Positions 18,137 through 26,508 of a stretch of DNA of 64,000 nucleotides are shown here, in pieces (position 1 is the first letter of the stretch; each line of letters begins with the position of its first letter). This DNA is from Myxococcales bacterium (lineage in GTDB: Bacteria; Desulfobacterota; Binatia; HRBIN30): contig JBBILD010000004.1 of assembly GCA_037445065.1 (NCBI GenBank), positions 160,001 through 224,000 of the forward strand, given 5' to 3'. The translations under genes and the position numbers were made by a program. Below the pieces are notes generated by a model, which was not told the DNA's origin, did not search any database, and was given only the letters and a program-made list of their open reading frames with translations.

Positions 18137-20052
18137 ACGCAGCGGTGTTGCATGAGCGGCGCGAGCGACCGGTTCGCATCGCGCTCGTGGGTTCGCCCAA
18201 TGCGGGCAAGACCACGCTGTTCAATGCGCTGACTGGCTCGCTGGCGCGGGTGGGGAATTACGCAGGCGTCACGGTGGAGCGCCGCGAGGGCGAACTGCGT
18301 GGCAGTGACGGCAACGTTTTGATTCTCGATTTGCCCGGAACGTACGCTTTGCGGGGGGAAGCGCCGGACGAAAAAATCGTGGAGCGAGTGCTGGACGGGA
18401 AACTCGCGGGCGAGCCCGAGCTGGACGGGGTGGTCGCAGTCGCCGATGCGACCACGTTGCGGCGCGGCCTGGGCCTGGTGCGGCAAGTCCTCGCACGCGG
18501 ACTCCCCACCATCCTGGTGCTCACCATGATCGACGAGTTACGGGCGCGCGGCGGCAGGCTCGATGTGGGAAAACTGTCGCGGCATCTCGGGATCCCCGTG
18601 CTGGGCGTCGTCGGCCACCGCGGTGTGGGTATCGAGCAAGTGGTGCGCCTGTTGCCGGAGCCTTGGCGATGGCCGCGCCCGAAACAACTGCCCCCTCGCG
18701 ACGAAGACCCGATTCAGCGCTTTGCCTGGGTGGATGCAGTGTGCGACGCGGTGGGCGCAAGCAACATGCGCCCGGATACGCGCACCGATCGCATTGACCG
18801 CTGGCTTTTGCATCCGGTGTTCGGCCTCGCCACGTTAGCGGTGATTTTGTTGGTGTTCTTTCAGGCGATCTTTTCCTGGGCGGCTCCACTCATGGATGCC
18901 ATCGATGCTTTTTTCACCCAGCTTGCTGCCTGGTCGCGAGCGTTGTTGCCGCCGGGGCTTCTTACCGAACTGTGGGCCGGAGGGGTGGTCACCGGAGTGG
19001 GGTCGGTCTTGGTCTTCCTACCCCAACTGGTCATCTTGTTTACGTTCATCCACCTGTTGAATGACCTCGGCTACATGGCGCGAGCGGCGTTCGTCGTGGA
19101 TCGAATCATGGGCTGGGTTGGCCTGCAGGGACGCAGCTTCGTGCCACTGCTCTCGTGCTTTGCCTGTGCGGTGCCCGGAATCATGGCCACCCGTACGATT
19201 GCGTCGCCGCGCGAGCGCCTGGCCACGATCCTAGTGGCACCCTTCATGACCTGCTCAGCGCGACTACCCGTGTACACGTTGCTCATCTCGGCTTTCGTTC
19301 CTGCGCGCCCGGTGTGGGGGCCGATCGGGTTGCAAGGGTTGGTGATGTTCGGCCTGTACCTCCTCGGGGTGCTGACAGCGCTGACCTCGGCCGCGTTGTT
19401 CAGCAAGACGATGCTGCGCGGCACGCCCTCGGTGTTTTACATGGAACTTCCCCCTTACCGCTGGCCGACGGCCAAGTTGTTACTGCGCCAAGTGTGGGGC
19501 AGTGTCGCCGCCTTCTTGAAACGGGCGGGTACGATCATCCTCGCGGTCAGTTTGGTGATGTGGGCGCTACTGGCTTTTCCGCGGGTCCCGCACGAGACGG
19601 GGCTGTCCGAGACAGAGCAGGCGCGCCTTCAGCTCGAGCAAAGCATCGCCGGCCGCATGGGCCGCGCCATCGAGCCAGCAATCGCACCGCTGGGGTTCGA
19701 CTGGAAAGTGGGCGTTGGCTTGATCGCAAGCTTGGCCGCGCGCGAAGTGCTCGTTGCGACGCTGGCGCAGATTCATTCGGTGGCAAATGCGGACGATTAC
19801 GATGGCTTGCGCGATGCGCTGCGGCGCGACGTGGACCCGAAAACCGGCAAGGCGGCCTTTACGCTTGCCATGGCGTTGAGCCTGCTCGTGTTTTTCGTCT
19901 TTGCCCTGCAGTGTACCTCTACGATCGTGGTCATGGCGCGCGAGACCGGTAGCTGGCGCTGGCCGGCGTTCGCGTTCACGTACATGCTCGCTTTGGCTTG
20001 GTTGGCGAGCTTCTTGACGTTTCAACTTGCGACCGCTGCCGGCGTAAGCTGA
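18133..20052 (+). CDS. feoB: Ferrous iron transporter B
   Basis: GSPNAGKTT, GNYAGVTVE, DLPG, GYMARAAF, CAVPGIMATR, CSARLPVY. Confidence 0.96.
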   Translation: MNAAVLHERRERPVRIALVGSPNAGKTTLFNALTGSLARVGNYAGVTVERREGELRGSDGNVLILDLPGTYALRGEAPDEKIVERVLDGKLAGEPELDGVVAVADATTLRRGLGLVRQVLARGLPTILVLTMIDELRARGGRLDVGKLSRHLGIPVLGVVGHRGVGIEQVVRLLPEPWRWPRPKQLPPRDEDPIQRFAWVDAVCDAVGASNMRPDTRTDRIDRWLLHPVFGLATLAVILLVFFQAIFSWAAPLMDAIDAFFTQLAAWSRALLPPGLLTELWAGGVVTGVGSVLVFLPQLVILFTFIHLLNDLGYMARAAFVVDRIMGWVGLQGRSFVPLLSCFACAVPGIMATRTIASPRERLATILVAPFMTCSARLPVYTLLISAFVPARPVWGPIGLQGLVMFGLYLLGVLTALTSAALFSKTMLRGTPSVFYMELPPYRWPTAKLLLRQVWGSVAAFLKRAGTIILAVSLVMWALLAFPRVPHETGLSETEQARLQLEQSIAGRMGRAIEPAIAPLGFDWKVGVGLIASLAAREVLVATLAQIHSVANADDYDGLRDALRRDVDPKTGKAAFTLAMALSLLVFFVFALQCTSTIVVMARETGSWRWPAFAFTYMLALAWLASFLTFQLATAAGVS

Positions 20053-20172
20053 CGCACGGACTCCCGCCAGACAGCGAAGGTGCCAGCGGTCCGGCATGCC
20101 GCCGAACCCAGCGCCAGGGTTACGCGATGCTTCCGGGTTCGTCTGTTGGGACCGCGGTCGCTGCCGCCCTCG

Positions 20173-21330
20173 TCAGGGCCGCGTATACAGGGCCACCACG
20201 CAGGCTCCACCGAGGCCGAGATTGTGCTGCAGGCCGACGCGTGCATTCTCGACCTGCCGCTTTTCGGCCTGCCCACGGAGCTGCCACACCAATTCGGCGC
20301 ATTGCGCCAACCCCGTGGCACCGAGCGGGTGCCCCTTGGAGAGCAGACCGCCGGAAGGATTCACCACCCAGCGCCCGCCGTACGTGGTGGCCTCGTCTTC
20401 GACGAGCTTCTCGCCCTCTCCCTCCGCGCACATGCCCAGACCCTCGTACGTGATGAGTTCGTTCGTACTGAAGCAATCGTGAAGTTCGATGACGTCCACG
20501 TCCTCGATCCCGATGCCTGTCTCTTCGTAGACCCGGCGGGCTGCCCGTTCGGTCATTCCCATGCCCACCATCCCGATGCGACCGCGTGCCCAGTCTTCCA
20601 TGCGGTCCGTGCTCATCGCCATGGCTTTGATTTCGGTCGCCCCAGGGTGGGGATGGCGTTTCAAGTAGTCTTCTGAGACCAGCACAGCCGCGGCTGCGCC
20701 ATCGCTGGTCGGACAGCACTGCAGCAGGGTGAGAGGATCGTACACCATGCGGGAGGCCAGAATTTCCTCCAGGGAAAACTCTTGCCGGTACTGGGCCCGC
20801 GGGTTGTGTACCGAGTGGCGGTGGTTTTTGACAGCGATCTTGGCAAAGGTTTCCGGCTTGGTGCCGTACTTCTCCATGTGGTCGCGCCCGGCATCCCCAA
20901 ACATGCGAGCGGCAATCGGCGGCTTGTTCTCTCTCTCCGCTTCTTCTTTGAGCTGCTCGAGTCCCTTGAGCTGCTTTTCCAGCGGGCCCTTTTCCATTTT
21001 CTCGAAACCGAGTGCGAGGACGGCCTGGTTCATCCCCGTGCGAATCGCATTGTACGCCAGGTAGAGAGCGGTGGACCCGGTGGCGCAGTTGTTGTGCACG
21101 TTGTACACGGGGATTCCGGTCATCCCGATGCCATAGAGCGTGAGCTGACCAAGGGTGCTCATCCCATTGATGTAGCCGCAAAACGCTTGCTCAATGTTCT
21201 CGTATGGGATGCCCGCGTCCTTGAGCGCGGCCTGTGCAGCTTCTTGGCCGAGTTCGCGAACGTCTCGCTCGCAACGCTCGAACTTGGTCATGCCCACCCC
21301 GATGACAAACACTCGCTGACCCGCGTTCAT
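20173..21330 (-). CDS. SCP2-type thiolase (lipid-transfer protein family)
   Basis: NNCATGSTA, CCPTSDGAAA, ELHDCF, SKGHPLGATG, HNLGLGG. Confidence 0.93.
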   Translation of the reverse strand: MNAGQRVFVIGVGMTKFERCERDVRELGQEAAQAALKDAGIPYENIEQAFCGYINGMSTLGQLTLYGIGMTGIPVYNVHNNCATGSTALYLAYNAIRTGMNQAVLALGFEKMEKGPLEKQLKGLEQLKEEAERENKPPIAARMFGDAGRDHMEKYGTKPETFAKIAVKNHRHSVHNPRAQYRQEFSLEEILASRMVYDPLTLLQCCPTSDGAAAAVLVSEDYLKRHPHPGATEIKAMAMSTDRMEDWARGRIGMVGMGMTERAARRVYEETGIGIEDVDVIELHDCFSTNELITYEGLGMCAEGEGEKLVEDEATTYGGRWVVNPSGGLLSKGHPLGATGLAQCAELVWQLRGQAEKRQVENARVGLQHNLGLGGACVVALYTRP

Positions 21331-21430
21331 CTGTGCTCCTCCCGCAACGGCTTTGGACTGTGGCCGTTTTAGAACGATCGCTTGAACTGGTAAAGGCCGA
21401 CGGATCGCGGAGCCTCAGCCGAGAAGCGGG

Positions 21431-21883
21431 TCAGCCTGGCCCCGCCAGCCGGCGGAACTCCGCTGGAATCCGCACTGGCCGGCCCTGTTCATTGAGGATC
21501 GCGTGCACAGTGAAGCCGGAGGCCACGACTTCCGCCTCACCTCCCCGCGTAATTTCGTAGTCAATGGTCAGGCGCGCGCGACTCACCTCACGCAGGCCAG
21601 CACGGATCGAAAGCACGTCGTCGTAGCGAGCAGGCCGGTGGTAGCGGCAATGAACTTCTACCACTGCGAGGTACAACCCTTCTTGGATGTACCGGGGAAA
21701 AGGATGCCCGAGAGCACGGAACAGTTCGGCCCGGCCGATTTCGAACAGGCGCAAGTAGCTGCCGTAGTACATGATGCGCATCGGGTCGCAGTCCGCGAAC
21801 AAGACCCGATAGCGAGCCACTTCTCGCAGAGAGGACACCGCAGGGGCAGATGGGGTCACAACGCTGGCCACTCGTGCCTCCAC
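21431..21883 (-). CDS. Acyl-CoA thioesterase (YbgC/FadM hot-dog fold)
   Basis: RVLFADCDPMRIMYYGSYLRLFEIGR, YHRPARYDD. Confidence 0.88.
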   Translation of the reverse strand: MEARVASVVTPSAPAVSSLREVARYRVLFADCDPMRIMYYGSYLRLFEIGRAELFRALGHPFPRYIQEGLYLAVVEVHCRYHRPARYDDVLSIRAGLREVSRARLTIDYEITRGGEAEVVASGFTVHAILNEQGRPVRIPAEFRRLAGPG

Positions 21884-23262
21884 GGGCGAAGCTGTTCGTA
21901 CTCGGCTGCCAGCTGTAACAACAGGTCTTCGCGCAAGCGAGGCGCGACGAACTGAATTCCCACGGGGAGTCCATTGTTCGTCTTTCCGGCGCGCAGGGAG
22001 ATGGCCGGATGGCCGGTGAAGTTGAACGGGTACGTGAACGCAATTGCGCCGCCAGGGGTGCTCACCGGGACCCCGTCAACCTCGAAGGGGATCGGTCCCT
22101 CCGCAGCAAATGGTTCGGTGGCGGTGGTCGGTGTGCAGAGGAGATCGAAGCGCTCGAAGTAATGGTTGACGGTGGCGGTCAGTTGGGCGCGCAGCTTGAG
22201 TACCTCGCCGAGGTCGGCAGGACGGAGCTGGCGCGCCAGTTCCACACCCACGCGATAGCCGGGATCGAGTAAGTCCTCGTTGTGAAAATGGGCGCCGTGG
22301 AAGGCATAATCCTCGACTGCCATGAGTCGAGCCCAATCCAGTACGATGTCCTGGAGTGGTGGTTCCACGAGTTCGACCCGATGGCCGGTTCCCTCGAGAG
22401 CCTGCAGCGCGCTTTCCACGGCCTCGCGTACCGCGCGCGCGGGACGCGCGTAGCCTAGGGTGGCAGAGTAGGCGATGCGCAGCCGCGCCGGCGGTTGGCA
22501 GATGATCTGGCGGTACGAAATCCCTGGATGGGGCAGTGAGAAGGGGTCTTCAGGGTGAGGGCCCACGGTGACGTCGAGCCATAACGCCGCATCCTCCACC
22601 GAGCGGGTCAGGGGACCGCTGACAATGCAGTGCGAGAAGCGCAACGCGTCCTCGGGGCCCCACGGGATCCTTCCCTGGCTGGGCTTGAGTCCCACGAGCC
22701 CCGTGTATGCTGCCGGGATGCGCACCGAACCGCCACCATCGGAGGCTGTGGCGAGTGGAACGATGCCGCCCGCGACCGCTGCCGCCGAGCCCCCCGACGA
22801 GCCTCCGGGTGTCCGCTCGAGGTTCCAAGGATTGCGGGTCGGGCCAAAGACTCGATTGGTCGTAAACGCTGTGTAGCCGAACTCCGGAGTATTGGTTTTG
22901 CCGATCACGATGGCGCCAGCTTGTTTGAGGCGAGCGACTTGGATCGTATCCCGCTGGGACACGTGGTCTTTGTAAATGAGCGAACCGTGCGTGTTGGGCA
23001 GGCCGACGGTATCCTCGAGGTCCTTGACCCCGAGCGGCAGACCCGCGAGCGGGCCAACGTCTTCCCCACGTGCCAAGCGTTCCGCGACCGCGCCGGCTTC
23101 ACGCAACAGTTCTTCTTCTTCGCGTAGGCTCACGAACGCGTTCAGCCGCGGGTTCACGGTCGCCAGGCGATCCAGCGTGAAACGCATGAGTTCGACCGGC
23201 GACAGCTCTTTGCGCCGAATCGCTGCTGCCAGCTCGGAAGCAGAGGCAAAACGAAGATCCAT
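21856..23262 (-). CDS. Amidase (amidase-signature family)
   Basis: GVKD, GKTNTPEFG, PGGSSGGSAAAVA, SDGGGSVRIPA. Confidence 0.94.
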   Translation of the reverse strand: MDLRFASASELAAAIRRKELSPVELMRFTLDRLATVNPRLNAFVSLREEEELLREAGAVAERLARGEDVGPLAGLPLGVKDLEDTVGLPNTHGSLIYKDHVSQRDTIQVARLKQAGAIVIGKTNTPEFGYTAFTTNRVFGPTRNPWNLERTPGGSSGGSAAAVAGGIVPLATASDGGGSVRIPAAYTGLVGLKPSQGRIPWGPEDALRFSHCIVSGPLTRSVEDAALWLDVTVGPHPEDPFSLPHPGISYRQIICQPPARLRIAYSATLGYARPARAVREAVESALQALEGTGHRVELVEPPLQDIVLDWARLMAVEDYAFHGAHFHNEDLLDPGYRVGVELARQLRPADLGEVLKLRAQLTATVNHYFERFDLLCTPTTATEPFAAEGPIPFEVDGVPVSTPGGAIAFTYPFNFTGHPAISLRAGKTNNGLPVGIQFVAPRLREDLLLQLAAEYEQLRPWRHEWPAL

Positions 23263-23375
23263 GCCGTGCTCCTTTCTCGGTGGTGTGCGCTGCCTAGGCG
23301 CAGAGCCCGTGGTGTGCAAGCGGGGTCGCTACGAAGCAAGTCGGGGCACTCGGCGGCGTGGTGGGTCAACGCGTC

Positions 23376-23521
23376 GCTGCTCTGGTACGGTGATGCTGCG
23401 CAAGCCGAACGCTGCCGCCAGAGCAGCAGGTCGTTCGTCCGCCCCAGGGGAAGCGGTTGCTCCAGGCCGGACCGCCATGGTCGGGGGCGCCGAGTACGGT
23501 GTGTCCCTCGGCTTGCGCAGC
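23376..23521. repeat. Two interleaved perfect inverted repeats (10 bp and 14 bp) in an intergenic region
   Basis: GCTGCTCTGG 23376-23385 / CCAGAGCAGC 23418-23427; GCTGCGCAAGCCGA 23395-23408 / TCGGCTTGCGCAGC 23508-23521. Confidence 0.8.
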
Positions 23522-23595
23522 TTTCGGCGGGCGAGCCGCTGAGACACGCAGCCTCGGTTGAGGCCGGTTGCGGCCTCCATTATGAGCGGCCGGCC

Positions 23596-24153
23596 ATGGT
23601 AGTGATCGTCTACGGTTACGAGGGCTCAGGTCCTGGCCATTGGCAGCGGTGGCTCGAGAACGAACTACGCTCGCGCAATCACGCGGTCGTATTCCCCGAG
23701 CTCCCCGCACCGCAGGCGCCGAGTTGCGAGGTGTGGGTCGAAGAACTGGCCAAAATCGTCCATGCCGCGCCGCAGCCTGTGACCTTCGTTGCTCACTCGC
23801 TCGGTTGTTGGGCGGTGGACCATTTCCTGGCCCGGTACGGAAGCAGCCGGGTACAGGCCGCTTTGCTGGTGGCGCCGCCCTCACCATATCTCCTGTTCGA
23901 GCCCGTGCAGAGTTTCTTTCCACCGCCGCAAAGGCAAGAGGCATGGTCGCCGATTGCCGCCGCGAGCTTGCTCGTGGGTAGCAACAACGACCCGTACATC
24001 GAATTGTCAGAGCTGCGCGAAATCTCCGCCCGCCTGCGCGTTCCTCTCGAAGTCTTGCCCGGATCCGGACACATCAACATCGAGTCCGGTTTCGGTCCGT
24101 GGCCGTTCGCGCGGGAGTGGGTGGAGCGGCTGGGCGGCTCGGCCGCCGGATGA
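23596..24153 (+). CDS. RBBP9/YdeN family alpha/beta hydrolase
   Basis: GSGPGHWQRWL, VAHSLG, LLVAPP, NDPY, GHIN. Confidence 0.9.
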   Translation: MVVIVYGYEGSGPGHWQRWLENELRSRNHAVVFPELPAPQAPSCEVWVEELAKIVHAAPQPVTFVAHSLGCWAVDHFLARYGSSRVQAALLVAPPSPYLLFEPVQSFFPPPQRQEAWSPIAAASLLVGSNNDPYIELSELREISARLRVPLEVLPGSGHINIESGFGPWPFAREWVERLGGSAAG

Positions 24154-24210
24154 TTTGCACTTGCAGCTCGGCCACGCGAGTCGCCCTCGCGGCTCCCGGT
24201 GGCGCCTGGC

Positions 24211-25074
24211 TTACGCAGTGCCTGCCGCGGTGCGTTCCGTCGCCAGCCCGCCAAGGAAGTCGAGCACCGCGCGGTTGAATTCGTCCGGCATCTCCAGGTT
24301 AAAGGCGTGGCTTCCGCCTGGGATCCGCACCAGCTTTGCCCCTGGGATCTTTGCTGCCAGGAGCTCGGAACACACTGGGGGCACGAGCTGATCGGCGTCT
24401 CCAGTGATCACGAGCGTGGGGACGCGGAGCTCGGCCAGCCGGTCTTCCGTATTGTGAGCGAGTACGGCCGCAACTTGGCCGAGGATTCCTTCCGGCGAGA
24501 AACCGAACTGGATGCTGGCCGAGAACAGCTCGATGAGCTTGGGCAATTCGCGCGCGAGGAAGTCGGGGTTGAACACGAGCGGCATCAACGTCTGGAAGAA
24601 GCGCAGAGGATCGATCTGGGTGAGATCGATCCGAATCGAACCGTCGGAGTCGGTCGAACCGCCGAGTTGCGCGACCAGCGCGTCGCGGCGTGCCAAGATC
24701 GCGTCGTCGGCCTTCGCATACGTGCAAGCCAGCACCAGGCTGCGTACCGCATCGGGAAACTGCAAAGCAAGCTCTTGCGCGATCATGCCTCCCATCGAAA
24801 CTCCGAGCACGTGTGCCGCAGGGATGGAGAGGGCGTCGAGCAAGCCTTTCGCATCCCGGGCCATTTGTGCGGTCGTGTACGGGCCAGGGGGCTTGCTGCT
24901 GCGCCCCACACCGCGATTGTCGAATACAATGGTACGGTAGCTCTGGGCGAAAGCAGGGCGCTGGTAGACCCAGGCGAGGGAATCTGCCGCCAGTCCCATG
25001 ATCAGCAGCAGTGGCTCCCCGCCCCCTTCCTCTTCGTAGTACAGTTCGATGTTGTTGACGTTGACCGTGGGCAT
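24211..25074 (-). CDS. Alpha/beta fold hydrolase
   Basis: FDNRGVG, GVSMGG nucleophile elbow, GDADQLV, GGSH. Confidence 0.92.
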   Translation of the reverse strand: MPTVNVNNIELYYEEEGGGEPLLLIMGLAADSLAWVYQRPAFAQSYRTIVFDNRGVGRSSKPPGPYTTAQMARDAKGLLDALSIPAAHVLGVSMGGMIAQELALQFPDAVRSLVLACTYAKADDAILARRDALVAQLGGSTDSDGSIRIDLTQIDPLRFFQTLMPLVFNPDFLARELPKLIELFSASIQFGFSPEGILGQVAAVLAHNTEDRLAELRVPTLVITGDADQLVPPVCSELLAAKIPGAKLVRIPGGSHAFNLEMPDEFNRAVLDFLGGLATERTAAGTA

Positions 25075-25136
25075 GAGCGCGCTTTTGCGCGTTGCCCGCG
25101 GCTAGCGCAAGGGTGGCCGCCGCTTCATCCACTGCT

Positions 25137-26177
25137 TCACGGCAAGAAATGAAAGCCGAGGTCGAGAGCGCCGGTGTCTCGGCCGAGCCCGGTGGTCGTG
25201 CGGTCGCGGAGGATGCGCCGCAACTCGACGCGGTCGTTGAGCGGATCGCCCGCGTCAAGCGCCGGGCTAGCCGCACGAAGTCGGAAGTCCCCGGTGATCG
25301 GATCGGCAAACAGCGCGTCGCGGGCGATATCGTGCGGCCCTTGCACAGTTGCAGGCGAATACGTGGGCGGAAATACCAGGTTGAAGTCGCCGCGAAAATC
25401 GGCCGTGCTCGGCGGTGAGGTGCTGACCTTGATATTTTCCGTGACTCCTGGGTTCAGCGCGTTTTGCTGCACGATGTTATTGAGCACGAGCGCCCCGGGA
25501 GATGCTTGCTGCGAGTTGCCGATCTCGATGCCTCGCCCACCGTTGCCGAAAATCGTATTGTGCAGAATCTGAGCGTTGCGCGAGCCGCCGCTGGTTCCCC
25601 CGATCCGAACTCCGGTGCCGCCGTTTCCCGTGATCAGATTATTGAACACGAGGACGCCTGCTGAATCGGTGACCCGCACGCCTTCGCCTGGGTTTGCCAC
25701 GATCGTACAGTTGCGCACCACGGCGCTGTCGCTGCCACTCTTGAACGCCACGGCGGCGTCCGCCGCTCCGGTGATGGTAAAGCCGTCCACAATGGTTCCA
25801 TCCGAGTTTGCCAAGCTAAAGCCGGCCGCTCCCTGCTGGTTGCGCAGGTCGATCACCACCCGGCCCTGCGCAAGGAAGGTGAGTCGCTTGGGGGCTTGGC
25901 CCACAGCGGCGGTGGTGACTGGGTCGCGATACGTGCCGGGGGCGACGATGATCGTGTAGTCGTCGCGGGCAATCTGTGCTGCGCGGCGGATCGAGGCCAG
26001 CGGAACAGACGGATCGGCGCCGGAATTGCTGTCGCTGCCGATTGGGCTCACGTAACAAATCTTGTCTGCCCCGTTGCACGGCGGCGGAGCGGGCAACACC
26101 AAATCACCTCCGCCCCCACAGGCATGGGCTGCCAGGGACACGACGGCCAAGAACCATTTACCGCGAGGAGAGCGCAT
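25137..26177 (-). CDS. Putative lipoprotein with right-handed parallel beta-helix (pectate lyase-like/DUF1565-like)
   Basis: Lipobox-like AHAC, YVSPIGSDSNSG, VAPGTY, NN-GN repeats, DFRL..SPALDAG. Confidence 0.75.
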   Translation of the reverse strand: MRSPRGKWFLAVVSLAAHACGGGGDLVLPAPPPCNGADKICYVSPIGSDSNSGADPSVPLASIRRAAQIARDDYTIIVAPGTYRDPVTTAAVGQAPKRLTFLAQGRVVIDLRNQQGAAGFSLANSDGTIVDGFTITGAADAAVAFKSGSDSAVVRNCTIVANPGEGVRVTDSAGVLVFNNLITGNGGTGVRIGGTSGGSRNAQILHNTIFGNGGRGIEIGNSQQASPGALVLNNIVQQNALNPGVTENIKVSTSPPSTADFRGDFNLVFPPTYSPATVQGPHDIARDALFADPITGDFRLRAASPALDAGDPLNDRVELRRILRDRTTTGLGRDTGALDLGFHFLP

Positions 26178-26508
26178 GCGCTGGCACCTGCGATAACCGC
26201 GTATCATGCTGTGCTGGCGCTCTCCAGTAGGGTTTGTAGACCCCAATGGGGAACCTGGATCAGCAACCTGAATTCCATGCAGCAGTTCCGTCCGCCGTGC
26301 TGGCCTCGCGGCCCCCCGCCTCCCCTGCGTCACTGCCCCGCGCCGCTTCCGAGGCAGGGCGGAAACGAGCGGCAGGCGGGGGCAACTACGCGGCAGCGGC
26401 AGCCCGGACAAGGTGCCCGTCAAACCCTTTGCGGCGAGAAGCCGAAGGGTTGCCGTGCGCGAGGCGGCATGCCACTGCCTGTGTCGTTCGCGTCTGGGCT
26501 CGGGAGGA

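Noticed and set aside
16525..18486. Long antisense ORF (653 aa), and similar ones at 50797-52503 and 49398-51026
   Set aside because: Shadow ORFs opposite well-supported genes, expected in high-GC DNA; no motifs
26300..26500. c-di-GMP-I riboswitch or ncRNA between the P-type ATPase and the beta-helix gene
   Set aside because: GGCAA and CGCAAAG fragments and a hairpin (26423-26451) exist, but the GNRA tetraloop/receptor architecture is missing; more likely a terminator-like stem
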